A stretch of 42,064 nucleotides of DNA. Source: Nitrospinota bacterium (GTDB lineage Bacteria; Nitrospinota; Nitrospinia; Nitrospinales; VA-1). Made by a program: the position numbers and the translations under genes. The stretch is from assembly GCA_038108555.1 (NCBI GenBank), contig JAYNIA010000002.1:1-42064 (forward strand), written 5' to 3'. Below the pieces are notes generated by a model that was not told where the DNA came from, did no database searches, and was given only the letters and a program-made list of their open reading frames with translations. Below are positions 17,710-26,828 of this stretch, piece after piece. Position 1 is the stretch's first letter. The number at the start of each line of letters is the position of its first letter.

Positions 17710-19323
17710 ATGAAATATTCTCAAACAGTTGTAACCGGTTTCCTCTTTTTCTTTATTTCTACTTTTGGATTTTTCAACCTCGATGCACAAGCAGCAGAAT
17801 CTTCAGAAACATTTTTTGGCAAAATCAACAAGGTAAAACTTTATTCAGACCGGGCTGAAATTTACCGGGAAATAAATCTATCTACCCCAAATAACAATAT
17901 ACGAATTGGTCCCTTTCCAGAAAAACTGGTCCCTAATTCGTTGCGCATACTTTCAAACGAAAATTCTTCGGTAGTCGTCACAAACATCCAATTAGAAAGA
18001 GTTTTCGAAAGTAAATTTATCAGCCAGCCCATACAGAAACAAAACAACCTGGTAAAAAATATTCAATACCAAATAAATGAATTGAAAGACAGCTTGAGTG
18101 TTTATGAAGACCAAATCAAATTCATCGAAAGCATTCAAGGTACCGTGACAAGGGAAGGCACCCCCCCTGGACTTGAATACTGGAACTCTGTTTTAAATTT
18201 CAAATCAACCAAAGGCAAAACCACCCGTGAACAGCGCAGAAAATTAATTTTACAGATCGAAGGGGAACAAGACCGGTTGGAAAATGAAACCAAAAAGCTT
18301 AACAAAATGATGGCCGACTCGAAAAAGGGTCATTATGTGGCAAATCTGGATATCCAGGCTTCCGGCACCAACCAACAAAGACTCGGATTTTCCTATCAGA
18401 TTCGAAACGCCGGATGGAGACCCACCTATCATTTGCAGGCAAACACGAATACTAAAAAGATTACTCTCTCCTATTTTGGTGAGATCGACCAGAACACCGG
18501 GGAGGACTGGGAAAATGTATCTCTGGAACTTTCCACCGGCCAACCTTCACGCGGAACGCAGCCTCCCAAACTCTACCCCTGGGTGGTGGATTTCCCCAAA
18601 CCCATGATGTTGAAAAGCAGGAGTGGTGCTGCTGCAATGGATTCTATGGTAATGGAAGAATCGAACAATTTTTCTGCTGCAATGCCAAAGACACAGGTGG
18701 TTCAATCGGGAACCTCTTACACGTTTCAAATACCTAAATCACAAACCATACCTGCGGGAACAAGAAAGTTCCGTGCATTGATTGTCAAAGAAATTTTAGA
18801 AAGTGAAATAGCTTATACGGTCACCCCAAAAATTTCTCAAAGGGTCTTTTTGAACGCCAAGCTTAAAAACACCAGCAATTTCCATTTACTGCCCAGACAA
18901 AGTGATATCTATCTGGACGGAAGCTTTACTGGAAGGCATTGGATGAAAAACACCGCACCCGGAAAGGAATTGGAACTGGGCCTCGGCACGGATGACTCCA
19001 TCCATGTAGAGAGGAAATTAATCAAAAAAGACGATGGCGGAGAAGGCTTTTTCGGGCAGGATGAAAGAGCCCGTTATATTTTTGAAATCAAACTAAATAA
19101 TTTCAAGAAACAACCTATTAAACTCACGTTAAAAGATCAACTGCCCCTGCCCTACCACGAGGATATTGAAGTGAAAATAAATCGCATCGATCCAAAAGCT
19201 GATAAGAAAGACAAGCAGAACATCCTCACATGGGTTCTGGAATTGGATCCGGGTGAAAAGAAAACCGTGCATCTGGATTTCCAGGTGGAATATCCCGAAG
19301 GAAAAAACGTTTCGGGACTTTAG
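17710..19323 (+). CDS. DUF4140/DUF4139 (MuiA-like) exported protein
   Basis: VKLYSDRAEI, YQIRNAGWRPTY, QNTGEDWENVSLELST and LGLGTD motifs. ATG at 17710 gives a signal peptide and is preferred over GTG 17626. Confidence 0.9.
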   Translation: MKYSQTVVTGFLFFFISTFGFFNLDAQAAESSETFFGKINKVKLYSDRAEIYREINLSTPNNNIRIGPFPEKLVPNSLRILSNENSSVVVTNIQLERVFESKFISQPIQKQNNLVKNIQYQINELKDSLSVYEDQIKFIESIQGTVTREGTPPGLEYWNSVLNFKSTKGKTTREQRRKLILQIEGEQDRLENETKKLNKMMADSKKGHYVANLDIQASGTNQQRLGFSYQIRNAGWRPTYHLQANTNTKKITLSYFGEIDQNTGEDWENVSLELSTGQPSRGTQPPKLYPWVVDFPKPMMLKSRSGAAAMDSMVMEESNNFSAAMPKTQVVQSGTSYTFQIPKSQTIPAGTRKFRALIVKEILESEIAYTVTPKISQRVFLNAKLKNTSNFHLLPRQSDIYLDGSFTGRHWMKNTAPGKELELGLGTDDSIHVERKLIKKDDGGEGFFGQDERARYIFEIKLNNFKKQPIKLTLKDQLPLPYHEDIEVKINRIDPKADKKDKQNILTWVLELDPGEKKTVHLDFQVEYPEGKNVSGL

Positions 19324-19505
19324 ATAAGTGGGACCCAACCCATTTAACCTTTTGAAAATATAGAAATGGTCCCCGTAAATGACCGGATCTGGTGAATTCA
19401 CGAAAATTACAATTTAAAGAACTTGCCTCTACAACAAAATTACGTTTAAATAAAAGGTAAAAGTAAAAACCTATATTTTGTCATTTTTGATCTGAAAGGA
19501 AAAAC

Positions 19506-19952
19506 GTGGATACTCTTAAAAATTTTTTAAGCGGCACTATTCACACCGTTTCAGAAAGTTCCCTTGTTCAGGACGCCGTGGACAAATTTAATTCCGATCA
19601 GGCCACTGCTTGTTTGGTTGAAAAGGAGGGTGAGTTCATTGGCATTATCACCCGGGAAGATATCATCCAGAAAATCATAGGCAAAAGAGATCCCAAAACA
19701 ACACCCACGGTGGACGTGATGTCTTCACCTATTTATACCGTGGATATCAGCATGTCAAAAGCGGAAGCCTGCCTCAAGATATCAGACCAGAGGCGACAAC
19801 ATCTGGTAGTTGAAGAAAATGGCAGTATCAAGGGTATTGTGTCGGTGAGAGACTTGGTTCCAAAAGAATTGTGGAGCACTTCTACCACAGGAGCTGAACT
19901 GTTCTCCAAAGTCGGGGAATATGGGGAACAGCTTCTAAAGGATGAAAATTAG
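19506..19952 (+). CDS. CBS domain pair protein
   Basis: GIITREDI...VMSSPI...QHLVV...GIVSVRDL. AAGGA RBS before the GTG. Confidence 0.92.
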   Translation: MDTLKNFLSGTIHTVSESSLVQDAVDKFNSDQATACLVEKEGEFIGIITREDIIQKIIGKRDPKTTPTVDVMSSPIYTVDISMSKAEACLKISDQRRQHLVVEENGSIKGIVSVRDLVPKELWSTSTTGAELFSKVGEYGEQLLKDEN

Positions 19953-20009
19953 TAAGAGCAACTGTTGACAGTGATCCTGAAAAATAATTATTAGGGAATA
20001 GAAACTAAA

Positions 20010-20501
20010 GTGAAACTTGATCCTCAAATTCTCGCGAAAATCATAGAGCAGGTGAAAATATCCGTTTCAAGGAAACTCACAAGTGTCTGTCAGGAAGAAA
20101 TCCATTTCGAAAAAGTCGTTAAGGAATTTAATAATGACCTGGTGGGAATCGTATCTTTTATTGGTGATGTAAGATTTATCCTTCTTATCATGCTGACAGA
20201 TGCTCAAATCAGAAAGATATCCACAAAATTTGTGGGTGTTGAGATGGACACTAGTAGTGATGATATCGGCGACCTTATCAGTGAAATTGCCAACATTGTT
20301 TTTGGCGATATCGATATGGATTTAAAAACTATCGATCTTCGAACCGAACGTTCCCTGCCGACCATCCTCAAAGGTAAGGACATTGAACCTGTTTTACGAA
20401 AAAAAGCGCCTTCCGTCATAATGTCTTTCGGAAAAGATAATATTCTGGTAGAGATGATTGGCACCACCGATGATTCCCTGCACAAAAAACCGGGATCATA
20501 A
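20010..20501 (+). CDS. cheX: CheX-like phosphatase
   Basis: GIVSFIGD, D..SEIANIVFG (ExxN) and SLPTILKG motifs. Confidence 0.8.
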   Translation: MKLDPQILAKIIEQVKISVSRKLTSVCQEEIHFEKVVKEFNNDLVGIVSFIGDVRFILLIMLTDAQIRKISTKFVGVEMDTSSDDIGDLISEIANIVFGDIDMDLKTIDLRTERSLPTILKGKDIEPVLRKKAPSVIMSFGKDNILVEMIGTTDDSLHKKPGS

Positions 20502-20526
20502 AAGGACTAAAAATACGCATTGTATT

Positions 20527-22260
20527 TTAGGCTGGCCTGCCATTTTCAGGCAATTCAAAATAGAAGGTTGCACCTTTTCCCGGTTCACTTTCAACACCGA
20601 TACTTCCCCCATGTTCTTCGACAATTCGCTGGGCGATTGCCAACCCGAGCCCTGAACTACTTTCCCCCCCTGTGGGTTTAGCACTTAATTTTTGAAAATG
20701 CTGAAATAACTTGTCTCTCTCCTCGTGGGAAATCCCTGGTCCCTGATCACGCACTTCCACTCTTACTCCACTTTCGTTACGACTCAGCTCAACAAATACT
20801 TCCGTTTCCGGAGGCGAGTACTTCACGGCGTTGCTGAGAAGGTTGTCCACCACCTGCCCCATCCGGTTCACATCGAACGAAAACTCGGCAACCTCCTCAA
20901 ATTGGGCATGCAGGTTAATATTCTTTTTATCTGCCAGGATCTGCTGCAGGTGAATTTTTTCCGCAACCAGCTTTTGCATTGAAGCCATCTCGGGTTTCAG
21001 CTTTAACTGTCCGCTTTCGATTTCAGAAATATCCAAAAGATTACTAATTAATTCGAGCATATTCCCACTGACGGTTTTTATGGTGGCCAGGAACTCTTCT
21101 CTGGTTTCTTCTTCAACCTGTTTGCCCTTTTCGAGGAGATACACCGAAAATCCGCGAATAGAGGCAAGGGGATTTCTCAAGTCATGCGAAGCCATCCCTA
21201 AAAATTTATTTTTCAAGTCGTTCAATTCAACCAGTTTTTGATTGGCACGGGTCACCTCTTCTGTTCTTATCTGAACTTCTTTTTCGACAACCCGGGTTCG
21301 CGATGCCATCAATTCCACAATAATGGAAAAAAATATGGCCACTGCAAAAATTCCTGTTCCGACAAAGAAAGCATTGTTGGTATTCGGGCCGCCGCGAAAT
21401 TTATCCGTCGCGTGCCAAACCAGAAACCAGGGTTTATTTGCAATGTTGATTACGTTTGTAATCTCCAAATCGGGATTTTCAAGGGGGGTTCCATATAAAA
21501 GATTGTTGGGCTTCAGTTCAACACCTTCAAAGATGGAAAGACTCATACCTTCGGACATATAAGGCGTAACCATTTGATCGACCATGTCACCAATCCGGTA
21601 AATTCCAAGAACGAATCCTTTTAAATGTTCCCTCCTTTGCTCCGGGCGGGAATACTTCTTTCCACCATTATAGAAAGGTGCAAGCATCAATAAATCTGAT
21701 TTCGGTCTGGCAATGGGTACTTCGCCATAGTTCGAAATTGCAATCGGATTTCCGGTATCGCGGACTTTGTTTGTAATTTTTAAAAGCCTTTTATCCGCCT
21801 GCAAATCAAATCCAAGAGCATGTTCGTTCGTAGATAAGGGCTCCGCATAGTGAATGGGCAGATATTCCTGCTTTTCCTGGTTCGCACCAAAAATTTTGAA
21901 TCCGGGATAACCCATTGAACGAGTCACAGATTGAAAACTCTCCTTTTCGGAATGGTCTACTAAGGGAACCCATTCAAAAGCCTTAACAAAGGGATGATTT
22001 TCCAGAAGCGGTTCGACATAGACTCCGAATTCTTCGCGACTCACATGCTCGGAAGAATTATAAAGAGATACAATTCCGAACAACTCCCTTTTAACAACCT
22101 CAAGTTCTCCCGTTAGAATAAGAGTGTTTTCCAGAACCTCCTGTTCCAAATCTTTAAACCAGACCTTTTGCTGCCTGTCCCATAGCAGGGCAAATCCAAT
22201 GACGGAAAGAATCAATCCGGATATAAAAATTATTTTTGTTTGTTTGGCCAGGGTTTTCAA
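20527..22260 (-). CDS. CHASE-domain sensor histidine kinase
   Basis: TM-CHASE (AFEWVP, YAEPL..NEHALGFDL)-TM, H-box ASHDLRNPL, N-box NLLSNAVKYS, DQGPGI and GLGLAI. Confidence 0.94.
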   Translation of the reverse strand: MKTLAKQTKIIFISGLILSVIGFALLWDRQQKVWFKDLEQEVLENTLILTGELEVVKRELFGIVSLYNSSEHVSREEFGVYVEPLLENHPFVKAFEWVPLVDHSEKESFQSVTRSMGYPGFKIFGANQEKQEYLPIHYAEPLSTNEHALGFDLQADKRLLKITNKVRDTGNPIAISNYGEVPIARPKSDLLMLAPFYNGGKKYSRPEQRREHLKGFVLGIYRIGDMVDQMVTPYMSEGMSLSIFEGVELKPNNLLYGTPLENPDLEITNVINIANKPWFLVWHATDKFRGGPNTNNAFFVGTGIFAVAIFFSIIVELMASRTRVVEKEVQIRTEEVTRANQKLVELNDLKNKFLGMASHDLRNPLASIRGFSVYLLEKGKQVEEETREEFLATIKTVSGNMLELISNLLDISEIESGQLKLKPEMASMQKLVAEKIHLQQILADKKNINLHAQFEEVAEFSFDVNRMGQVVDNLLSNAVKYSPPETEVFVELSRNESGVRVEVRDQGPGISHEERDKLFQHFQKLSAKPTGGESSSGLGLAIAQRIVEEHGGSIGVESEPGKGATFYFELPENGRPA

Positions 22261-22388
22261 AAATCCATCGTTTCTTAAGTTAAGAAGGAGTTTTATTATA
22301 AAAGTAATTAGGAATTTTAACTCCTGTTTTTTTTCAATGTTTGAGCTACAATCATTATCTGTTTAAAACCTCTTATTTTAGTGAAGCA

Positions 22389-23768
22389 ATGGCAAGTGAA
22401 TTAATATTTTTAGTAGACGATGACGCCCCCCTCAGGCTGCTGACCAAAACCCTGCTCGAAGATCGTGGTTATTCGGTTCGCGATTTTGACGATGGGCAAT
22501 CTTTTTTACAAGGCCTGGACGAAAAACCCTCCTTGGTGTTGCTCGATGTCATGATGCCCGGATTGAATGGGATCGATACTTTAAAGCAGGTCAAAACCCT
22601 TCATCCTGAAATCCCGGTGATCATGCTCACCAGTGTCGATAAAGTTGAAACAGCGGTTGAAGTTATCAAATTGGGTGCCTATGACTATCTTCTAAAACCC
22701 ATTGATGAACCCCGGTTATTCACCTGCATTGAAAATGCATTGGAGCAAAAACAGTTGACCGAAAAAGTTCGTAACCTTCAAATTGAGGTCGACCGTTTAC
22801 AAGGAAAAGATGGAATCGTAGGAAAAAGCAAAACACTTACTGAGATATTAAATAATGTCCAAAAAGTAGCGGCAAGCAATGCAGGGGTATTGATTCTTGG
22901 CGAAACGGGAACGGGAAAAGAAGGCATTGCACGTGCTATTCATCGTGCAAGTCAAGCTTCTAAAGGACCCTTTGTCGACATCAACTGCGGTGCGATCCCT
23001 GAAACTCTTCAGGAAAGCGAATTGTTCGGATACAAAAAAGGGGCTTTCACCGGAGCCACCGAATCGCGTCCCGGAAAGCTGGAGCTTGCAGATGGAGGAA
23101 CCCTTTTCCTGGATGAAGTCGCTGAAATGAGTTTGGCAACACAAGCGAAATTATTGCGCTTTTTGCAGGAAAGAAATTTTGAAAGAGTCGGAGATACGCG
23201 AAAAATTGAAGTACACACCCGTGTCATTGCTGCAACCAATAAAGACATTAAAACTTTAATTTCAAAAAATGAATTCCGGGAAGACCTATACTATCGACTG
23301 GCGGTCTTTCCAATTGAAATGCCACCTTTGCGGGAACGGAAAGAAGACATTCCCCTTCTGTGCAACCACTTTCTTTCAAAATACAAAGACGAACTCAAAA
23401 AAGATGTGACCTCTATCAGCGATGATGCTATGCAATGCCTTCAGGATTTTTCCTGGCCCGGAAACATCCGGCAATTGGAAAACACGATTTACCGTGCCAT
23501 GATTACCACCTCCTACGACTCTATTGATATCGACTGCCTGCCCGAAGAAATTCTGGAAGGATCTATCGATTTTGAAAAAACCTCCCCCCCTCAAGAAGAA
23601 CCCAATGATTCCCCCATCGATTCTGTTACCCCCTTCCACGTGGTGGTAAAGCAAACACTGGCAGACGCCCTGAAAAAAACCGATGGAAATATTCCAAAGG
23701 CCGCAAAAGTGCTCGGTATCAGTCGGAGCACTTTCTACCGGATGCTTAAAAAATACGATCTGAACTGA
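22389..23768 (+). CDS. NtrC-family sigma54-dependent response regulator (REC-AAA+-Fis HTH)
   Basis: LVDDD, LLDVMMP, GETGTGKE, GAFTGA, FLDEV, WPGNIRQLEN and a C-terminal HTH. ATG at 22389 is preferred over TTG 22341. Confidence 0.96.
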   Translation: MASELIFLVDDDAPLRLLTKTLLEDRGYSVRDFDDGQSFLQGLDEKPSLVLLDVMMPGLNGIDTLKQVKTLHPEIPVIMLTSVDKVETAVEVIKLGAYDYLLKPIDEPRLFTCIENALEQKQLTEKVRNLQIEVDRLQGKDGIVGKSKTLTEILNNVQKVAASNAGVLILGETGTGKEGIARAIHRASQASKGPFVDINCGAIPETLQESELFGYKKGAFTGATESRPGKLELADGGTLFLDEVAEMSLATQAKLLRFLQERNFERVGDTRKIEVHTRVIAATNKDIKTLISKNEFREDLYYRLAVFPIEMPPLRERKEDIPLLCNHFLSKYKDELKKDVTSISDDAMQCLQDFSWPGNIRQLENTIYRAMITTSYDSIDIDCLPEEILEGSIDFEKTSPPQEEPNDSPIDSVTPFHVVVKQTLADALKKTDGNIPKAAKVLGISRSTFYRMLKKYDLN

Positions 23769-23826
23769 TCCCATTTCGACACTGTTTTCAGTCCCATTTT
23801 GGGATTTTGCTGTCCCGATCTGGGAC
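23768..23826. promoter_or_regulatory. Putative enhancer (UAS) sites for a bacterial enhancer-binding protein
   Basis: GTCCCATTTTGGGAT (23791-23805) and GTCCCGATCTGGGAC (23812-23826) are palindromes 21 bp apart, with a degenerate copy at 23768-23782, about 100-150 bp upstream of the sigma54 site. Confidence 0.7.
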
Positions 23827-23923
23827 GAATTGCCCTTCCTGCTCCCCAACCATTTCCAACCATAAATTTATAAATACCTAATAAAAAAAGGGTTATTGAT
23901 TTTTTTCAAGCGATATTCCTCCC

Positions 23924-23939
23924 TGGCACAGGCATTGCT
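23924..23939 (+). promoter_or_regulatory. Sigma54 (-24/-12) promoter
   Basis: TGGCACAGGCATTGCT with correct GG-N10-GC spacing, directly downstream of a bEBP gene. Confidence 0.88.
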
Positions 23940-24098
23940 ATTTAAAAGGTTAAGGATACGGAAGGAAGGCACGTCTGTTTAACCTCAAGAAAACGAAAGC
24001 AGCGGCCAAACGAATCGCCTTCCCCGTAGGCCGCGATCGAGACCGGGACAGGCCTCCTTCCCGGTCTCGTACAAACCTTAAAAGAAAAGGGGAAGATC

Positions 24099-24905
24099 AT
24101 GAAAAACTTAAAATTGGCAGTTCTAACAAGTGTAATCACCCTGGCACTCACAACCGGCGCTTTTGCTAAAAAAGAAAAGTATGAGGAGGTGGAAGTAAAA
24201 AACGGTGGAAGTATTACCGGTAGCGTTTTATTCAAAGGAGACGTTCCACCTCCTATCATGGAAGATTTGACGAAAGGAAAAAACGCTGAGTTTTGTGCAA
24301 CGCATCCGGACACCAAAGAGGGTGGAATCCGGCCTCGACAAAAGGTTTTGGTCAAGGATGGAAAACTGAAAAATGCAGTCGTCCTGATCGAAAACATCAA
24401 CAAGGGAAAAGCATGGGGCAAAGAAACCATTAATTTTGATTTCACCCAATGCGATATTTTCCCTAAAGTCAGTATCGTTCGCAAAACGCCAAAAGGAATG
24501 AAAACGGATCTGGTTAAAGTTACAAACCAGGATGAAAATATTCTGCACAATCCTCACGGTTATTCTGTGAAAGGTGCAAACAGGAAAACCCTTTTCAATA
24601 AACCGTTGCCTTCTAAAGGTTCTGTTGCCGATGTAACAAAATCTATGAAACGCTTCAAACAGAAAAAGGACTCACACTTTTTCCTGCAATGCGACCAGCA
24701 TAACTTTATGGAAGCCGATGCCAGGATCGTTTGGAATCCTTATTACAGCATAAGCAATGATGATGGTACTTTCACAATCCAGAATATTCCTGCGGGAAAA
24801 TACAAAGTTACGGCATGGCATCCTTATGTCGGACAGACCACTCAGGAAATCACAGTGGGGGATGGTGGAAAGGCCGATGCTAACTTCGAACTGGCAATGA
24901 AATAA
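24099..24905 (+). CDS. Secreted cupredoxin-like / carboxypeptidase-regulatory-like domain protein
   Basis: Signal peptide, GGSITGSV, NQDENILHNPH, CDQHNFM and DGTFTIQNIPAGKYKVTAWHP. Confidence 0.87.
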   Translation: MKNLKLAVLTSVITLALTTGAFAKKEKYEEVEVKNGGSITGSVLFKGDVPPPIMEDLTKGKNAEFCATHPDTKEGGIRPRQKVLVKDGKLKNAVVLIENINKGKAWGKETINFDFTQCDIFPKVSIVRKTPKGMKTDLVKVTNQDENILHNPHGYSVKGANRKTLFNKPLPSKGSVADVTKSMKRFKQKKDSHFFLQCDQHNFMEADARIVWNPYYSISNDDGTFTIQNIPAGKYKVTAWHPYVGQTTQEITVGDGGKADANFELAMK

Positions 24906-24934
24906 CTTAACGAACTTAAAAGAGGAGAAATAAA

Positions 24935-25363
24935 ATGAAACGTTCTGGAATTATACTGACAGCAGCAATCCTATCGCTCGCATTCACAGCCAACACCTGG
25001 GCCGCTTGTCCGCAGCCCAGGAAAACCAAGTCGGCTCCAGCGGGTATTGCCAAAAAGGATATGACTGGAAAAGCCAATGCGGCGAATGGCAAAAAACTGT
25101 ATCACAAAAAAGCAAAGCCCCTGGCCTGTAAGAATTGCCACGGGGATAAAGGCGATGGAATGGGAAAACTTGGTAAAGCATTGAAACCCAATCCTCGCAA
25201 TTTCACATGTGCTGAAACCATGAAAGATGTTTCAGCAGGTCAAATGTTCTGGATCATTAAAAATGGATCGCCTGGAACAGGAATGGCAGCACATGGAAAA
25301 ACCTTAAAGGATAAGGAAATCTGGGATTTGGTTAAATACATCCGTGAATCCTGGGTTCACTAA
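24935..25363 (+). CDS. Periplasmic monoheme cytochrome c
   Basis: Signal peptide, CKNCH, PRNFT, and IIKNGSPGTGM (likely axial Met). GAGGAG RBS. Confidence 0.94.
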   Translation: MKRSGIILTAAILSLAFTANTWAACPQPRKTKSAPAGIAKKDMTGKANAANGKKLYHKKAKPLACKNCHGDKGDGMGKLGKALKPNPRNFTCAETMKDVSAGQMFWIIKNGSPGTGMAAHGKTLKDKEIWDLVKYIRESWVH

Positions 25364-25410
25364 TCCACTAGTGTAGAATGCTGTTAACCCTTAACACTTA
25401 TATTAAAATG

Positions 25411-25443
25411 GCGGGGACTGATTGAGTCAGTCTCCGCTTTTTT
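25411..25443 (+). terminator. Intrinsic terminator of the sigma54 operon
   Basis: GCGGGGACTGA / TCAGTCTCCGC stem followed by a T tract. Confidence 0.82.
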
Positions 25444-25954
25444 ATTTTTTCTTGTTTATTTTTTCCAGCTCATATTTTTTTATCAATCCTTCAAGTTTTT
25501 CATTAAAGGCTTTCGATTGCGTGATCTCTTTTCCCCATTGGCTACCCACAACCCCAGCTTCCCGGCTTATTTGAGGCATCTTTTGCTTCCACTCTTCCCA
25601 AAAAGGGGTTTCAAACATTTCAATCAGTTTTTTCACGGTTTCATGCGACATGTGTTTGTCGTAAACAGGAATGACACGAGAGATCAATTCGTCCATTTCC
25701 TTTTTTCCGATCAATTGGTTAAACTCCGTCCAAAACTCATCAGGAACTTTTGGAAAGGACCCTGAAACCATCATCGAAACGGAATTCATCAAAGTATCCT
25801 CCATATAATTCAACTGCCTCAATATTCCGGACACTTCGAGTAATTTTTTAATATCTTTTTCTTTTTCGTTTTCCGCAAATGTCGTATTTGCAGACATCAA
25901 CAACAAAATCAATCCAAGCCAAATGATTTTTTTTCCTTTAACAAATAATTGCAT
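25442..25954 (-). CDS. DUF2059 domain exported protein
   Basis: Signal peptide, IKKLLEVSG, and VIPVYDKHMSHETVKKLIEMFETP...KMPQI...G.QWG. Confidence 0.8.
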   Translation of the reverse strand: MQLFVKGKKIIWLGLILLLMSANTTFAENEKEKDIKKLLEVSGILRQLNYMEDTLMNSVSMMVSGSFPKVPDEFWTEFNQLIGKKEMDELISRVIPVYDKHMSHETVKKLIEMFETPFWEEWKQKMPQISREAGVVGSQWGKEITQSKAFNEKLEGLIKKYELEKINKKK

Positions 25955-26086
25955 AGAACCCTCAAAAACATTTTTAAACCAAAGCCTAACATGACCGCAG
26001 GCACGGGTACACCAAATAATATTAAAACTGTCTCTTGACGAAACGCCAAACTGGAATTAGCCTGTTACTCTTTATTATTTGGGCGA

Positions 26087-26755
26087 ATGGGTATTATGAG
26101 TTGGAGCAAGGAAAAAGCTGAAGCTTCGAAGAAAAACCTTGAACAGGCCGACCTGAAAAATGCCGAACTTCAGGAAGCTGACTTGAGCGAAGGGGTTTTA
26201 ATTGAAGCTTGCCTTGAGAATGCCGATCTATCCGAAGTGGATTTTTGTGGAGCCGACTTAAGTAATGCCAGCTTTTTAAATGCCAAACTTCACAGGGCGA
26301 TATTGTACCGCTGCCGGGCCAAGGAATCCGACTTCTCTCATACCCTTCTAACACAGGCAAACCTGGTGGAGTCTAATTTCAGCTCGGCAAAATTCAACGG
26401 CTCAAACCTTAAGGAAGCAAATATTGAAGGGGCAAACCTGACGGATACAAGTTTTATAAAAGCAGATTTAAGCGAAGTAAACTTAACCGGTGTCTTTTTT
26501 GCAAATTCAAATTTGTCCCAGGCTGATTTTACCAATTCCGATCTCATTGCTGCCGATTTTGCCGGATGCGATTTTACAAATGCGAACCTCGACAACGCCT
26601 ACCTGAACCATGCAGACCTTTCCGGTGCAAACCTTAAGTTGGCACAAAACCTGACCCGCGATCAGGTAGAAACGGCATTTATAAACAAAGAAACCCAGCT
26701 CCCTGACTCCATACCCATTGTCTGGATCTCCAAGACAGAATACGAATTTGAATAA
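26087..26755 (+). CDS. Pentapeptide repeat protein
   Basis: Continuous A(D/N)L/F repeats and a C-terminal cap similar to that of 5092..5766. Confidence 0.93.
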   Translation: MGIMSWSKEKAEASKKNLEQADLKNAELQEADLSEGVLIEACLENADLSEVDFCGADLSNASFLNAKLHRAILYRCRAKESDFSHTLLTQANLVESNFSSAKFNGSNLKEANIEGANLTDTSFIKADLSEVNLTGVFFANSNLSQADFTNSDLIAADFAGCDFTNANLDNAYLNHADLSGANLKLAQNLTRDQVETAFINKETQLPDSIPIVWISKTEYEFE

Positions 26756-26828
26756 AACCTTTTTCTAGCAACACAGAGCAAAAAATTGCTTCCTTTTGAA
26801 ACTCCTTAATCTGGAAAATGATAAAAAA

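Noticed and set aside
23950..24098. Known riboswitch or SRP RNA in the leader
   Set aside because: I could not match c-di-GMP, TPP, cobalamin or SRP consensus elements by eye. Kept only as an unknown structure.
23942..24550. 202-aa minus-strand ORF and other antisense ORFs in the track
   Set aside because: They lie antisense to well-supported genes and show no recognisable motifs.
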